This document shows positions 14,071-27,980 of a stretch of 64,000 nt of DNA, one piece after another. Within the stretch, counting starts at the first letter, position 1, and each line of letters begins with the position of its first letter. Origin of the DNA: Eledone cirrhosa (Eukaryota); the NCBI GenBank assembly GCA_964016885.1, contig OZ024743.1:274350001-274414000 (forward strand). The letters run 5' to 3'. A program made the position numbers and the translations under genes. The notes under the pieces were generated by a model that was not told the DNA's origin, ran no database searches, and was given only the letters and a program-made list of their open reading frames with translations.

Positions 14071-14072
<2 letters not shown>
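13948..14072 (+). mobile_element. 5'-truncated SINE family A with (TTA)n tail
   Basis: Matches 2830-2942. Confidence 0.85.
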
Positions 14073-14130
<58 letters not shown>

Positions 14131-14136
<6 letters not shown>

Positions 14137-14330
14137 GAAGGAAGTGTCGTAAGGAACCAGGTGGACCATGACGCACCAGATTACTCAATACTTATGGTAG
14201 TAGAGTGGGTGATAGGAAAATGTTTAACCCCGAGGGCAGAGCTCAAGCTGTTTCGACGGTTATTTCTGGACTAAATTAGAATTTTTAGCGTGGTAATAAA
14301 TAGCCGAACTTTTCAATGGGTATATCCTTA
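14131..14330 (-). mobile_element. PLE-type terminus, family H (unfolded copy with degenerate full hammerhead)
   Basis: Homologous to 19962-20155 and 31725-31930; - strand reads ttgaaaa-gttcggctattt...aaataaccgtc-GAAACAGCTTGA. Confidence 0.65.
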
Positions 14331-14552
14331 TATGGGAAGATTGTAGTTGTCAAAAGGATTTGTCAAAATTTCTTGTAAACACACTTAAGTCTTTCATAGT
14401 GGTAGGTGGGAGGTGGGGGTGTCTGAACTTGCCTGTAGAACAATGAGGGAGTGGGTGGAGCCGGTCAAGCGTTGAAGGTGAATTCTATACAGCAAATTCT
14501 AAGGAGAGCGTGTGAAATTAGGCTAGCTAGAAAGCAAGCGAAAAAGAATTCA

Positions 14553-15324
14553 GGGGGATTAAAATTCTAACTTTTTTATAAATACTTAACTCCGTTCCTG
14601 CACCAATCACGGGATACCACATCTACGCTGGATGATTTGCCTAACGTCGAGTGCTTTAGTTTATTACATCATCGTTTATTAAACGGAACTACCAGTTCTA
14701 CCCACTGATAAACAACCTAACATAAATTAGTAGTTCCGTTTAGTAAACGATGATGTAATAACTAAAGCACTCAATGTTAGGCAAATCATCCATCGTAGAT
14801 GTGGTATCCCGTGACTGGTGCAGGAACGGAGTTAAGTATATATAAAAAAAAACATATAATTCACCATCAATCGATCGAAGCTGGTTCGATGTATGTACTT
14901 TTAAAAAATGCAACACGTGCTCCTAGTCATACGCAGATTCGCATTTGCTGTGTAAACACAGATAGTTAAATCTTCTCCCTTGTTGAAAATCCAAGATTTG
15001 GCTACTGTGGTTTACCGATTGATTCATGGTGAAATATATGTCTTTAATGAAATATATACAAGGAAGATTAATCATTTTAAAAGGTATCTATATTTAAAGT
15101 TCTAGTTAAACTTTAATTAGTTACCTACCTAGCTGTGTGTGCTTACACACTTTTACAAATTATTCCCTGTGATTGTTTCATATGTTTATTTTAGATATAT
15201 ATATATATGTCAATCAATTTCTAGTTGATATAAAATGCTCGGATCTATTCATTGGAATCTTTGAGCATATTCTACAGTGGATATGGCGCATGTCTCTCGG
15301 ACATGACACCCTTAATTTAATTTT

Positions 15325-15368
<44 letters not shown>

Positions 15369-15566
15369 TTATGTTATTTATCAATGGGTAGAACTGGTAG
15401 TTCCGTTTAGTAAACGATGATGCAATAAGCTAAAGCCCTCAACGTTATGCAAATCCTCCATCGTAGATGTGGTATCCCGTGAGACTGGTGCAGGAACGGA
15501 GTTAAGTATTTATTAAAAAAAACAACAGAAAGCCGGACTGGAAATTTACGTTAGAATTTTAATCCC
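14553..15566. repeat. Inverted repeat 14572-14850 (about 120-bp arms) plus a third, longer copy at about 15362-15566
   Basis: cttaactccgttcctgcacc...acatcatcgtttattaaacggaactac against its reverse complement; a diverged relative lies at about 21760-21920. Confidence 0.85.
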
Positions 15567-16199
15567 GCGAAAACACTACATATATTTTGATGGCCCAGCT
15601 TCAGCCTCCTATCCTGATGCAATACGATTTCATTAGGAATTAATTGTAGTAACAGGGGTGTGCTTTAGCATCACCTACCGATACATTAAACAGTAAGGCT
15701 ATTAATTAATAATTACATAGTAACTGATTTTCTGTTCACGGGTTAAATGTGAAGTAGATATGACATATATACACACATGAAAGAGATATAAAGATTGTAT
15801 GACAAAATTATCTGCAGCTGAGAGAGGAGAGAGTGGATTTTGATATAAAAGCAGGCATGTGTTGTTGCTTTATGTTGATTGAAAGCCTGTTGCTCACTTG
15901 TTTTAGTCATACTTCCTTTCATGCTGGAGAGGGGGTGTGACGTTCAATGCTGATGCAGGCGTGTATTGATTTGGTGTCGGCTATTATGTTGAACTCCTGT
16001 TGCTCACTTTCTTCACTTTTTTTATCTCTGTTTCTTTCTCTCTTCATTCATGCATTGTTAACTTACTTGCTTAGTTCCATTTTGACTTTCAGTATGTCCT
16101 GATTTTCTTTCAAATTCTCATTACTTCATTCTCTCTGTTTTCCGTCACATTCCGAGGTAGTGATGACAATATCTCACGACGACCACCGTTACCACAGCT

Positions 16200-16350
16200 A
16201 GACAAACATGCAAATATAAACAAATGAATATAGGTCCAAGGGGGGAGGAAAATCTATAACTGAGTCTAAGGAACTCACATGTCAAGTTTGAATATGATTG
16301 GTCCACTTGTCTTTAAGTGCATAGGAGACAAACAGACAAATATATATGAT
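16200..16350 (-). mobile_element. Possible decayed Helitron 5' end
   Basis: - strand tcatatatatttgtctgtttgtc...accaatcatattcaaacttg resembles the 5' end of the 8804-9678 element; no CTAG 3' end found. Confidence 0.35.
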
Positions 16351-17787
16351 GGATTAAGCCGTCGACTCAAAATGTTTAGCATATGGACATGCAAGCATGT
16401 CACGCATATGTATTTCCTTTTAAAAGGACAATTGATAGGTACATTTAAATGGTTTTCGGGCAAAGTTGGACTTCTGTCAGAAGGGATGTTTATTATCTAA
16501 ACAACCACAAAGGAATACGATATTGGAGTGCTTACGTACCCTATAACTTAAAATAGTACCCAGAAATGGACATACTGATTTGGGTATTTGAAACCATTTA
16601 GGTTTCAAAATCAATTAAATATGTTAATTATCATTTTTTTTTTATTATCAGTGACATACGTATATTTGGCATGTTTGCATGTCTATATCCTAAAAACCCG
16701 TATGCTTATATACACATTTACGTAGCCTCGGTTACTTCTATTCCGTATATATACAGATAAAACGTTATCATATACTTTAGCTGCTTAGCGCACAGGATAA
16801 TATATATCTTAATTAACTACCACCGTAAGTGAGAATAATATATAAATTATTTGTCCTTTTCAGGACACTACTATAAATAATAGGTTACATAAGCCACTTA
16901 ATTACGCATTCCCTTATCATTGTTTAGATGATATACATGCCTTTTGATGAAGGTCCAACTAGGCTTGAAAATCGGTTTAAAATGTTTGTCATTTTTTCCC
17001 TTACAGAGATATACGTATATCTGGCATGTATAAATGTCTATAGACGAAAAATGTGTATACATATTTATATATCGATTTTGATTTTGAAGAATACATGTTG
17101 GTTTCGTTTCTGTTTTAAGACTATTTTAAAATATCTTAAATTTGATTTGTGTGAGATAGAATATATTTACTAAATTACTGCCATGCACAAACAGAATATA
17201 CGGAGAAAATGCAAAATATATATTCTGATACATTTTAAGGAAATAAAACAAATACATTTCCATATTTCCGGAACGAAGATTTCAAAACTGCTCACATTTC
17301 CAGTTACAACATGAATATCTCTAAAATAGAAATAAAATATATTTCTCTATTTCTTATTCTTTTTTCTTAACTTTCTTTCTAATTATTTCCATTACAACCA
17401 ATTTATTTGACCTAACAATGTCAATTGTCTTATTATATGTACATATACATACTCACCTACCCACATGAGTCGTACTCATTTATATATAACATTGTCATCC
17501 TTTTTGATGTTGCCAGGAATGGCTATATTGTTATATAATTTAATACACGTACACATAACACATCCCACGTATATTTATTTCAAGAAACAATCAAGTAAGA
17601 AAGAAAAATAATAGAAACTTAATGCAAAACCTTGTTAACATCGTCTTTCATTGTTGGACACAAAAAACATATTTGCATTTGCATTATTGCCTATACATAT
17701 TCATTATACATACATACGCCTACTGATTCTGTATATATATATATATATATTTATACTAACACACATATATATATATACAAACACACA

Positions 17788-17854
<67 letters not shown>

Positions 17855-17956
17855 ATATATATGTGTGTGTTTGTATATATATATATGTGTGTTAGTATAA
17901 ATATATAAATATATATATTTATATATATATATGTGTGTGTGTGTATACATATATAC

Positions 17957-17990
<34 letters not shown>

Positions 17991-18009
17991 ATATATATGT
18001 GTGTCTTTG

Positions 18010-18066
<57 letters not shown>

Positions 18067-18070
18067 ATAC

Positions 18071-18129
<59 letters not shown>

Positions 18130-18359
18130 GGTGTGTGTGTGTGTGTGTACATATATATATATATACCGAAAAGAAATGCCTGCAAAACAAATTCTTCGAC
18201 TCCAATTACATACATCACTTCATATGTGTGTGTATATGTGTGTGTGTAAGGTAAAGTTAATGCGCATAATATAACTACAGTTCTTGAAGTAGAAGCATTA
18301 TGAAAAGTGTACATATATGTGCGTGTGTGTGTGTGTGTGTATATATAGGTGTGTGTTTG

Positions 18360-18390
<31 letters not shown>

Positions 18391-18582
18391 GTCGACCAAA
18401 CACAACAGCATAAAGCAAAATGTAAGCTATATGCACAATTGCATACATCATTACCCAATCGTATTTTTATGAGCCGGTAAAAATATGTGCAATGTCCTTT
18501 TTCCTCAATGTACATGTTTGTCGTTGTGGTTTTATATATTAACAACTTGATGAATCACAGATAATAGCATTCGAACACACAA

Positions 18583-18618
<36 letters not shown>

Positions 18619-18724
18619 AATATCCGAAGATAAAAAGCCAAGGAAAACAATGCTCAATCTATTGCAAGCGAGCTTATTTACTATAATTAAAATGTTACAC
18701 ACCTAACATCTATAACGTGACATT

Positions 18725-18918
18725 AAGGGTGGTGGATTGGCAGTATCGGTAGAGGGTCTGGTGCCATGCTTTGCAGCAAAGAGTTACGGCCCTTTATGGT
18801 ATGAGTTCAAATCCCGCCGAGGTTAACTTTGCCTTTCATCCTTACGGGGTCGGTAAAATAATGTACCAGTAATGTACTGTCTATTTGCTGGCCTTGTGCC
18901 AAAAGTAGAAGCAATTAT
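18725..18918 (+). mobile_element. SINE family A (full copy)
   Basis: Matches 2755-2942. Confidence 0.88.
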
Positions 18919-19274
18919 GTATGTACCTTTCAAATTATAGTAATTCCTGGCATTTTTAAGGTCAATATAATCGTAAGTCACGTTTCTGTCAGCTCCGAAA
19001 GATGTCATTTGAAAGGCAGATTGGAATATTTCAATCTATGGAAATGTTGTAGCTCTGGGGTATCCTGGAAGAGTAGAGTTTTCAGAAATTCAGGAACCTC
19101 ATTTATTATAAAGAGGTAAACTGCTTCTTGAAAAGCATAGATTTGATGTTTCTTCTACCCACGTCTTAGCATCACAATATTTACAGCATTTGTTCATTTT
19201 TCCAATGATTGCTGTCGTAGTCTTTTAGTAATTCATGGAAAAAGCCCTCATCAACCATATATATATATATATAT

Positions 19275-19879
19275 ATATAAACAAATAACGAAACGAAATT
19301 AAATTTCGTTTCGCTTCTAACTCACTTTTGTATGACTGACGCTTAAACACTTAAGTTAAAGTGTACATCTACATATGTATACGGAAGTATTAGTATGCAT
19401 ATAAATACACACATGTATACATATGTACATGTACTCAGCTTTTCACTAGACACTTTACAGTGAGTGTCAGCTAGTCTGTATGTAACCACACAGGCGGACC
19501 GGGTTTTAGAGTCATACGAGTTTTCAAGGAAACACATTTCCTCTATTCTCCAGAGGGCCAGACAGGAACATTGGACTAGTTTCGATGTTATTACATCTCA
19601 TCAGCAATATTTACCCATCTTCCGGCTTCTCTGGAGAATTGTAAAAGCACATATCGTTATATGCTTTTCCTATGAAAATTAGTAGTGGGTAGACTAATTT
19701 GCATAGAACGTGAGTCATTGTACGCACCGGTTCAGCGGAAACGATAAAAACAAATAACGAAACGAAACTGTAAAGTGTCTAGTGAAAAGCTGAGTACATG
19801 TACATATGTATACATGTGTGTATTTATATGCATACTAATACTTCCGTATACATATGTAGATGTACACTTTAACTTAAGT

Positions 19880-19884
<5 letters not shown>
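19275..19884. mobile_element. Non-coding element in (TA)n: about 117-bp near-perfect inverted arms (19344-19460 / 19768-19884) enclosing a hammerhead
   Basis: Arms are reverse-complementary; aaacaaataacgaaacgaaa occurs directly repeated at about 19279 and 19748. Confidence 0.82.
19567..19611 (-). ncRNA. Canonical minimal type I hammerhead ribozyme
   Basis: aatattg-CTGATGA-GATGT aata ACATC-GAAAC TA GTC-caatgtt; all core nucleotides present, GUC triplet, palindromic stem III ACTAGT; outer extension ttctccagag/ctctggagaa. Confidence 0.9.
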
Positions 19885-19961
<77 letters not shown>

Positions 19962-19964
<3 letters not shown>

Positions 19965-20150
19965 AAAAGAGTCAGGACTCCGACGGCTGAGCTAAGGCCG
20001 TTTCGACAGCTAGTTCTGAACATGCGTTTACAACTAGCTGTCGAAACGGCCGAAGCTCAGCCGTCCGGGTTCTGACTCTTTTCCGATTACCAAAGTACCG
20101 AGTACTCTGGTGCGTTATGGTCCACCTGGTACCTTACCACACTTCCTTCG

Positions 20151-20155
<5 letters not shown>
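19962..20155 (+). mobile_element. Fold-back element, family H (arms 19963-20084 plus about 70-bp tail)
   Basis: ggaaaagagtcag...gtttcgacagctagtt / aactagctgtcgaaac...ctgactcttttcc; (TA)n on both sides. Confidence 0.82.
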
Positions 20156-20185
<30 letters not shown>

Positions 20186-20186
<1 letters not shown>

Positions 20187-20352
20187 CATAGCGTAAAAAC
20201 AAGATGATGTAGGACAGCACAAAGGAGAGGCACAAAATAAGAAATCAGTCACTGAGGAGGTCGCAGGGTGTATGAAGAAAAAGCTTTGACAATATGTAAA
20301 CAATCACCAAGTTGTTGAACCAACTAAGCAGAAATTTGTAATAAATTGAAGT
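20186..20352 (+). mobile_element. Diverged fragment of the 35860-40052 PLE pLTR with degenerate hammerhead (20248-20290)
   Basis: taggacagcacaaaggagaggcacaaaa...cagtcaCTGAGGAggtcgc...GAAAaagctttgac aligns to about 39750-39935. Confidence 0.75.
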
Positions 20353-20372
20353 GCATGTTTTTTTATTGGCAG

Positions 20373-21182
<810 letters not shown>

Positions 21183-22133
21183 TATATACATGTGTGTGTG
21201 TGTGTGCGCGTGGGTATATGTGTATATATGAGCCTAGTATACGTATGTGTCCGCGTGTTTATGCGTATGTGCATGTGTGTTTATGTGTATGGCGTGCGTT
21301 TTCACGTATGCACGTATATAGTTGTGTGTATGCATATATATATAATTAAATATTGTATAAATCTTAACTATTATTACTTTTCAATGTTAATATCCTCTGT
21401 CATTTTCGTTCAGCTAATTTATTTACATTATTCTTAAACTCTGGAGCCGTGAATCACTCGGTTTCCTAAATAGAATATTAGTCTAATGACTCCATTTATA
21501 CCATAAACGTGGTTTTGGCTTTTTGTCTTTGCGTGAAATTGACGTAATTATCATCGCTTTTTTTCCGTTCATTGCCCGGCCTAGAAACTGCTAAATGTGT
21601 GGCCGCCTTCTTGTCTCTCTGCCTTTTCAGCCCCATGGATTGTGTCTATTATATTCCTTTGTTAAATTTTGAATACCTAATGATGTCACCAGATTCATAC
21701 TGAACCCGGTCATTGAAGTGTTCATAGTATAATAAACCTTTAAGGAATTACACCAGTCCAGCCTCCTGATATTTTATAACAATTAACTCCGTACTCGCAC
21801 CACCAACAACACAAACGAAGACGGGTGAGTTGCATTACGTCGAGTGCTCTCCCTGATATTACATCAAGGTTGACCATACGTAATAACCAGTTCTATCCTG
21901 TGGTGAACCAACAAACCTAAATGAATGTATATACATATATATATAGTTGTTATATAGTAAGGTGTATTATTGGTTGTGCAAAACGGTCCAATAATTTTTG
22001 TTAGCAATATTAAGTTCTCCACGCTTTAGTATATCTCCAATTCCATTCAAGGGAACAGCTACATGATGTAAAACGGAGTATTAGTATCAAAATGAAAATC
22101 CGAAGGCAAAGGTAAAAGTTCCAATCATTTTAA

Positions 22134-22207
22134 TCAAGACACATGTTTCAATAAGAGATAGATCGATCGTGAAGCCATGATCAATTATCACTGATCTCAT
22201 CAGGTGA
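22134..22207 (-). ncRNA. Minimal type I hammerhead (left pLTR, stem I mismatch)
   Basis: tcac-CTGATGA-gatcag...tatt-GAAAC ATGT GTC-ttga. Confidence 0.6.
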
Positions 22208-22738
22208 AAATAAATAGTCTTCAAATTCTTGATATGAGGGAGAAAATTAGCAATGTTCACTCGCAGAGTTTATTCCCTCATATGAAGATCAAGCAGTCAA
22301 AATACGGCGACTGCTATCAACTTCAGTTAAGGTCATAAAACTGTCAAATTTCTATATCCCAATAGCTGCAAAAGACGCTGGACATCAATCAAATCTGTAG
22401 AAATACAGTCGGTCACAGTTAATGTGAGTGGGTACACATACACTTAACACCCACACACACCGACTCGAAGTCAAAGAAAAAAAATATATATATACACACA
22501 TCAACACAGTATCAAATCTGTAGAACTACAGACGGTCACAATTAGTGTGAGTGGGTACACACACACACTCTCACACACACTGAAGCGATGTCAAAGAAAA
22601 AACAATAAATATAAGAATATACCAATATAGCATTCACCGAAAAGATAGTTTACAAAACAACAAATGCTACATTGGTTAAATCTCAATTTGACGATGCAAA
22701 TTGGAAATAGTGGGTCAACCACAGCCCCATACACACAC

Positions 22739-22788
<50 letters not shown>

Positions 22789-25700
22789 ACACACACACAC
22801 ACTCACACACACACACACACACACACACACAAGCAAGTAAATTCAGTTCAGTGTTCCTCTATACGTGTATAGATTGAATTGTAACATCCGTATCTCCAAA
22901 TAGTGTATGTTATAGTATATACACATCCGTATCGTCCAACAAAGTGTATGTCTAGGTATATACACATGAAGAGCAAGCAATAATCTCATATCGAACTCAG
23001 TATGTACCGCTGTCCCATTGAGAATCCGAGTCCCCAAATCTGTGTGTGCAAGCAACCGCTATGTAAGCCAGCAAGGGGCTCCGTGTAGGGTTGGGTATTT
23101 GGGTTAAGGTGTCAGTAAATGCGATTTCTCGTCATACGGGCCCTTGGGCTTTTAAGATAGGTGTTTGAGTGGTGGAGGTGTTTTATCCAACACAAAATGT
23201 AAAGTAAAATAAAGGATAGCAAAGCCTAGAGGATGTGTGTAGGCCCATTAATGGTGTGTAAGTATTATTGTTCAATCGGTAACTGTGAGCACTCCATGGT
23301 TAGATTATCAAAACCTAGAGTAGTGTTCAATCGGTAGGAACGTGACCAGTTGTAACTGTGGGAACTCAATGTCTAAAAAAACGGGTACTGTGTGTAGAGT
23401 TATGTATAGAGATCGTAAACGGTCTTAACTGAGTGTGCAATACGTCTAGCTATATCCCAACCGAGAGAACCCAATGGTTAGGGTATCTTAAAGTAAAGGT
23501 AAATGCGCGTAATCGGCCTTGCCTGAGTGTGTAATCATTTACTAACTAGATATTCTGAGTGTGTAATCATTCTAACTATTTACTAACTAGGTATTCTAAA
23601 GTGCATTCAGCTGTGAGAACTCTGTGGAAACAGGCCAAGTACCGTTTGTAAGTACGCAAACGATCTTAGCCGTCTAACTACCTGAGTGTGTGATTGTCTG
23701 TTTATCTAGAGAACTCTATGGCTAAAGTAGAGAAGGAGGAGTTATTGGTGGGTTACTTTCCAAAAATCCTGCGGAAGGTTTTCGAGGTTCTATGTTGGCA
23801 GTTGCTGAAAATATCCATCTCCTATTAATTAATAGGGGGCCGCCTCTAATAATATTAAAGGTTTCAGCTATGCACAAATTACAGACGCCAGTGCTGCCGT
23901 TGTAAGGCTGGGCTGAGCACACTATGAACCAGGATAAGGGGTGCTCTATATTCTGTTATTTATGCTTCCAAACTAATTCAGAAACGCCGTGCTATTTTTT
24001 TTATCTAATCTATTAAAGGTATGGCGGTGATTATACCATCTATCGTTAAATTCAGTGGCAGTTGTCCCAACATGCCTGAAGATTCTATCAAGGGTGGAGA
24101 CCTTACAGTCGTAGGCTATGTTTTTGTTGAGGCATTTCCCAGCCATGGGGCAAGTGGCGTTGTTCCTGCAATTACATTTTCTGTTATCGACCTGGGTAGT
24201 TCCAGAGGAACCACGGTACCTTTGGGGCGGGTCTCCGTTCTTGTCTGCTCTATGGGTAAGTTCCCATGGGTTGGGGTGACCCGACTCGCCTAACGTGTAT
24301 GAGTCCGTTCATCCATAGAGCTGCCATTAGTTCTGCCATGTCTAGTCCCCCCTTGGGCTGTCCTAAGTCTACTATAATTCATCTTAGCTATATTCTGAGC
24401 TATGTTACTGGTTGTGGAGTAGGACAGCTTAATGGTATTTCTATTGAATATTTTATAGTACCTGTGTGATCTAGGGAAGCATTTGTCTAAGGCTCTAAAG
24501 AAAAGCTTAGCTATACTAGTGGTCAGGCCAGTGGAGTAAAGACGCTTATACCACATGATTTTTCTGGTCGGATGCCTCTTGTTCTTACTAACTATATTAG
24601 AGTTACCTGCCTCCTTAGTAGCTACTGGTCTATTATAACTGAAGACCGCCTGTGGGTCGATGGTGTCTTGGGGTGTCCCGATTGTATTCGGAATCGTCCC
24701 AAGTCTCCGGGGCGGTGTACCCCCGTGCAGCCATTGGGATTACCCTCGATAGCCGGGGTTATATCCACTATGCGTCTGCTACACCTATCCCTATTCCCAC
24801 AGTTACGACTGGTCACGTTCCTACCGATTGAATATTACTCTAGGTTTTGATCATCTAACCATGGAGTGCTCACAGTTACCGATTGAACAATAATATTTAC
24901 ACACCATTAATGGGCCTACACACATCCTCTAGGCTTTGCTATCCTTTATTTTACTTTACTTTTTGTGTTGGATAAAACACCTCCACCACTCAAATACCTA
25001 TCTTAAAAGCCCAAGGGCCCATATGACGAGGAATCGCACTTACTGACACCTTAACCCAAATACCCAACCCTACACGGAGCCCCTTGCTGGCCTACATAGC
25101 GATTGCTTGCACGCACAGATTTGGGGACTCGAATTCTCAATGGGACAGCGGTACATACTGAGTTCGATATGAGATGATTGCTTGCTCTTCATGTGTATAT
25201 ACCTAGACATACACTTTGTTGGACGATACGGATGTGTATATACTATAACATACACTATTTGGAGATACGGATGTTAAAATCCAATCTATATAAGTATAGC
25301 AGAACACTGAACTGAATTTACTTGCTTGTGTGTGTGTGAGGGGGGGGGGGGTACCCAATATTTCCAATTTGCATCATCAAATTGAGATTTAACCAATGTA
25401 GCATGTGTTGCTTTGTAAACTAACTTTTCGGTGAATGCTATGTTGGTATATTCTTATATTTATTGTTTTTTCTTTGATATCGCTTCGGTGTGTGTGTACC
25501 CACTCACACTAATTGTGACCGTCTATAGTTCTACAGACTTGATACTGTGTTGATGTGTGTATATATATATTTTTTTTCTTTGACTTTGAGTCGGTGTGTG
25601 TAGGTGTTAAGTGTATGTGTACCCATTCACATTAACTGTGACCGACTGTATTTCTACAGATTTGATAGATGTCCAGCGTCTTTTGCAGCTATTGGAATAT

Positions 25701-25846
25701 AGAAATTTGACAGTTTTATGACCTTAACTGAAGTTGATAGCAGTCGCCGTATTTTGACTGCTTGATCTTCATATGAGGGAATAAACTCTGTGAGTGAACA
25801 TTGCTAATTTTCTCCCTCATATCAAGAATTTGTAGACAATTCATTT

Positions 25847-25920
25847 TCACCTGATGAGATCAGTGATAATTGATCATGGCTTCACGATCGATCTATCTCT
25901 TATTGAAACATGTGTCGTGA
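25847..25920 (+). ncRNA. Minimal type I hammerhead (right pLTR)
   Basis: tcac-CTGATGA-gatcagtgataattgatc...tctcttatt-GAAAC ATGT GTC-gtga; GUC triplet; stem II base irregular. Confidence 0.68.
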
Positions 25921-26011
25921 TTGGAAATTTTACCTTGCCTTCGGATTTTCATTTTGATATATATATATCAAGAATATTAACAAATGGAAACTATCTTTAT
26001 ATAACCATATT

Positions 26012-26081
26012 TATTTTATTATATATATTTCATATATTATATATATTTCAAAATTTTGGTACGATCTCATCAGATAAAATA
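26012..26081 (-). ncRNA. Hammerhead-like motif related to the 10981/11137 type
   Basis: tattttat-CTGATGA-gatcgtaccaaaatttt-GAAATATATATA (locally duplicated)-ataaaata. Confidence 0.55.
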
Positions 26082-27299
26082 CAAAAGTTGTTTTGCAGAT
26101 AGTGACATATTCAAAACTAGAACTTATATTTATATATAATATATATATATAACAATGACTTTAAAAGAATACAGCAATTCCACCAAAACTCAACCTAATC
26201 CACCAAATACATACTACATTAGACATGAACTATAACCAATCCGATCTTTCATAACTATACTGAAAACATTCCCAGCATTTCACCAACTAAACTTACAACA
26301 ATTACTGGTACAGTGGCAACGAACGTCATCATCCATCGTATAACGTGGTCTCTATGATTCTTTTTTCCCTATCCTCGTTTCAGTGGGATTTGGTCCGAGA
26401 CGTTTAAGAGCATCTTTGGCTGTGCAATGCCAGAGGGATTAAAGCATCAAATAGAAAGCCTTTCAGTATTCTTTCCGGATCTCTGCACTGAATTAAAATC
26501 GACTTTCATCTTTCATTCCTTCAATAAATAAAGAATCAATGAAATACGAGGTCTGTCTTCCCCTTCTCTCTCCCTCTTTCCTCCCTCTCTCTCTCTTTCT
26601 CTCCTTCTCTCTTAGCATTGGCAATGTTGAAGAGTCTACGAAGAGATATTTTACTTGCTGACTCACCAATCTTTTCACAACCTCTTTATGGGCTATCTCA
26701 GAAGGAAAGAAAGAAGGAAATAAAGAAAGAGGTATGGAAGAAAGTAAACAGAAAAAAAAATAAATTGATAAAAAGTAACGAGGGAAAAATAGGAGGATGA
26801 AAAGAAAAGAAATAGGAATAAAAAAAAGAAAAAACGAGAGGAAAGACAAAAAAAGGAAAGAGGAAGGAAGGAAAAAAAATGGAATCGAAAATGTTAATCG
26901 ATGTTAGAATCGTTAATCAAAGCAACGGTAAAAATACTTGTATTTGGATTCGTACCATTACATTCTAGGTCCAAATTTTCTAGTTTGAGGCGTCATTTCT
27001 TTCATCCTCTAGAGATTGATAAAGGTTGATTGCCTGTCATGTAATGAGGTCGGTTTAATCAACTGTGTCTTCACCAAAACTTCTTGTCGTTTGAGAAAAC
27101 TGGTCGATCATAAAGAGTAAAAGGGTAAAGATTACCTTCGATCACGAATGAACATAGGATTTGCACCTAGAAAGTCTCTCTTCCGAGGTAACAAGTCCGG
27201 GTAAGCTGTTTTAGTGGAAGACTTGCTGTCGCCTATGCATAACAGTCTCCCTCTCCACACCAACAATGTTGTACAAGGGAAAGGCAAAGACCGATACTG

Positions 27300-27465
27300 C
27301 TTTTCACCAGAGACGTTGCAACTCATTACTACGGATGTGTGAACTGTAGCAACCTGAAATAAAGTGTTTTACTCAAAAATACAACGGATCAACCGCTCCA
27401 GAATCGGACGTACAACCTCACGATTGTGAATCGACGCTTTAACCACTAAACCACGTGCCCTCAAA
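27300..27465 (-). mobile_element. Diverged tRNA-head SINE, family B (other pieces at about 43935-44080 + and 53865-53942 +)
   Basis: ggcacgtggtttagtggttaa...gtgaggttgt head followed by ttgagtaaaacactttatttcaggttgct, shared with the other two pieces. Confidence 0.62.
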
Positions 27466-27824
27466 TCATATTTTATCAACTCTGAAAACATTATAATCCG
27501 ATTCGAACTTAAAATATAAAGGTGCATAACTAAATATCATAATAGCAATCTGCCACTGATAGTGATTTTACAGAAAGGGAGATAACTGGACAACATTCTT
27601 TGCTATGTTTATTTACATCGCTTTATAATTATATAAACATGGTGAGATTTGTTCCCGCCAATTCATGTGACGATAGCATTCATGTTTGCCTGAGACTAGA
27701 ATCGATTAGAAATTACCCACAAATATATGAGTATTAGTGCCATTGTACCAAACATCCTTCTGATAAATTTAAACAAGTGAATTAATTGGATTTACAATAT
27801 TTTTGTATTGCTTTGTTAGAGGGA

Positions 27825-27980
27825 AGGCGGCGAATTGACAACGTCGTTAAAGTGTCGGATTAAAAATGCCTCCGTATTTCTCCCAACTCACTGAGCTCTG
27901 AGTTCAAATTCCACTGAGGTCAACATTGCCTTTCACACTTTCGGGGTCAATAAATAAAGTAGCAGTTCAGTACTGGAGTT
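27825..27980 (+). mobile_element. Diverged SINE family A-like copy (others at about 44960-45130, 50010-50130, 58300-58380)
   Basis: gagttcaaattcc...gcctttcacactttcggggtcaataaataaagtagcagt. Confidence 0.72.

Larger units (their letters stand above)
22085..25960 (-). mobile_element. Penelope-like element: decayed linker and GIY-YIG flanked by about 1.2-kb inverted pLTRs (22085-23364 / 24794-25960)
   Basis: Centre on - strand: RKIMWY...LDKCFPRSHRYYKIFNRNTIKLSYS, CNCRNNATCPMAGKCLNKNIAY...RHVG...RWYNH, CNLCIAE; arms are highly similar reverse complements, each with a hammerhead. Confidence 0.9.

Noticed and set aside
23722-24570. Selenocysteine-recoding PLE (in-frame TGA at linker Cys, reported for some Naiad elements)
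   Set aside because: The CNC...CP..G.C motif uses TGT/TGC codons here and at about 61720.
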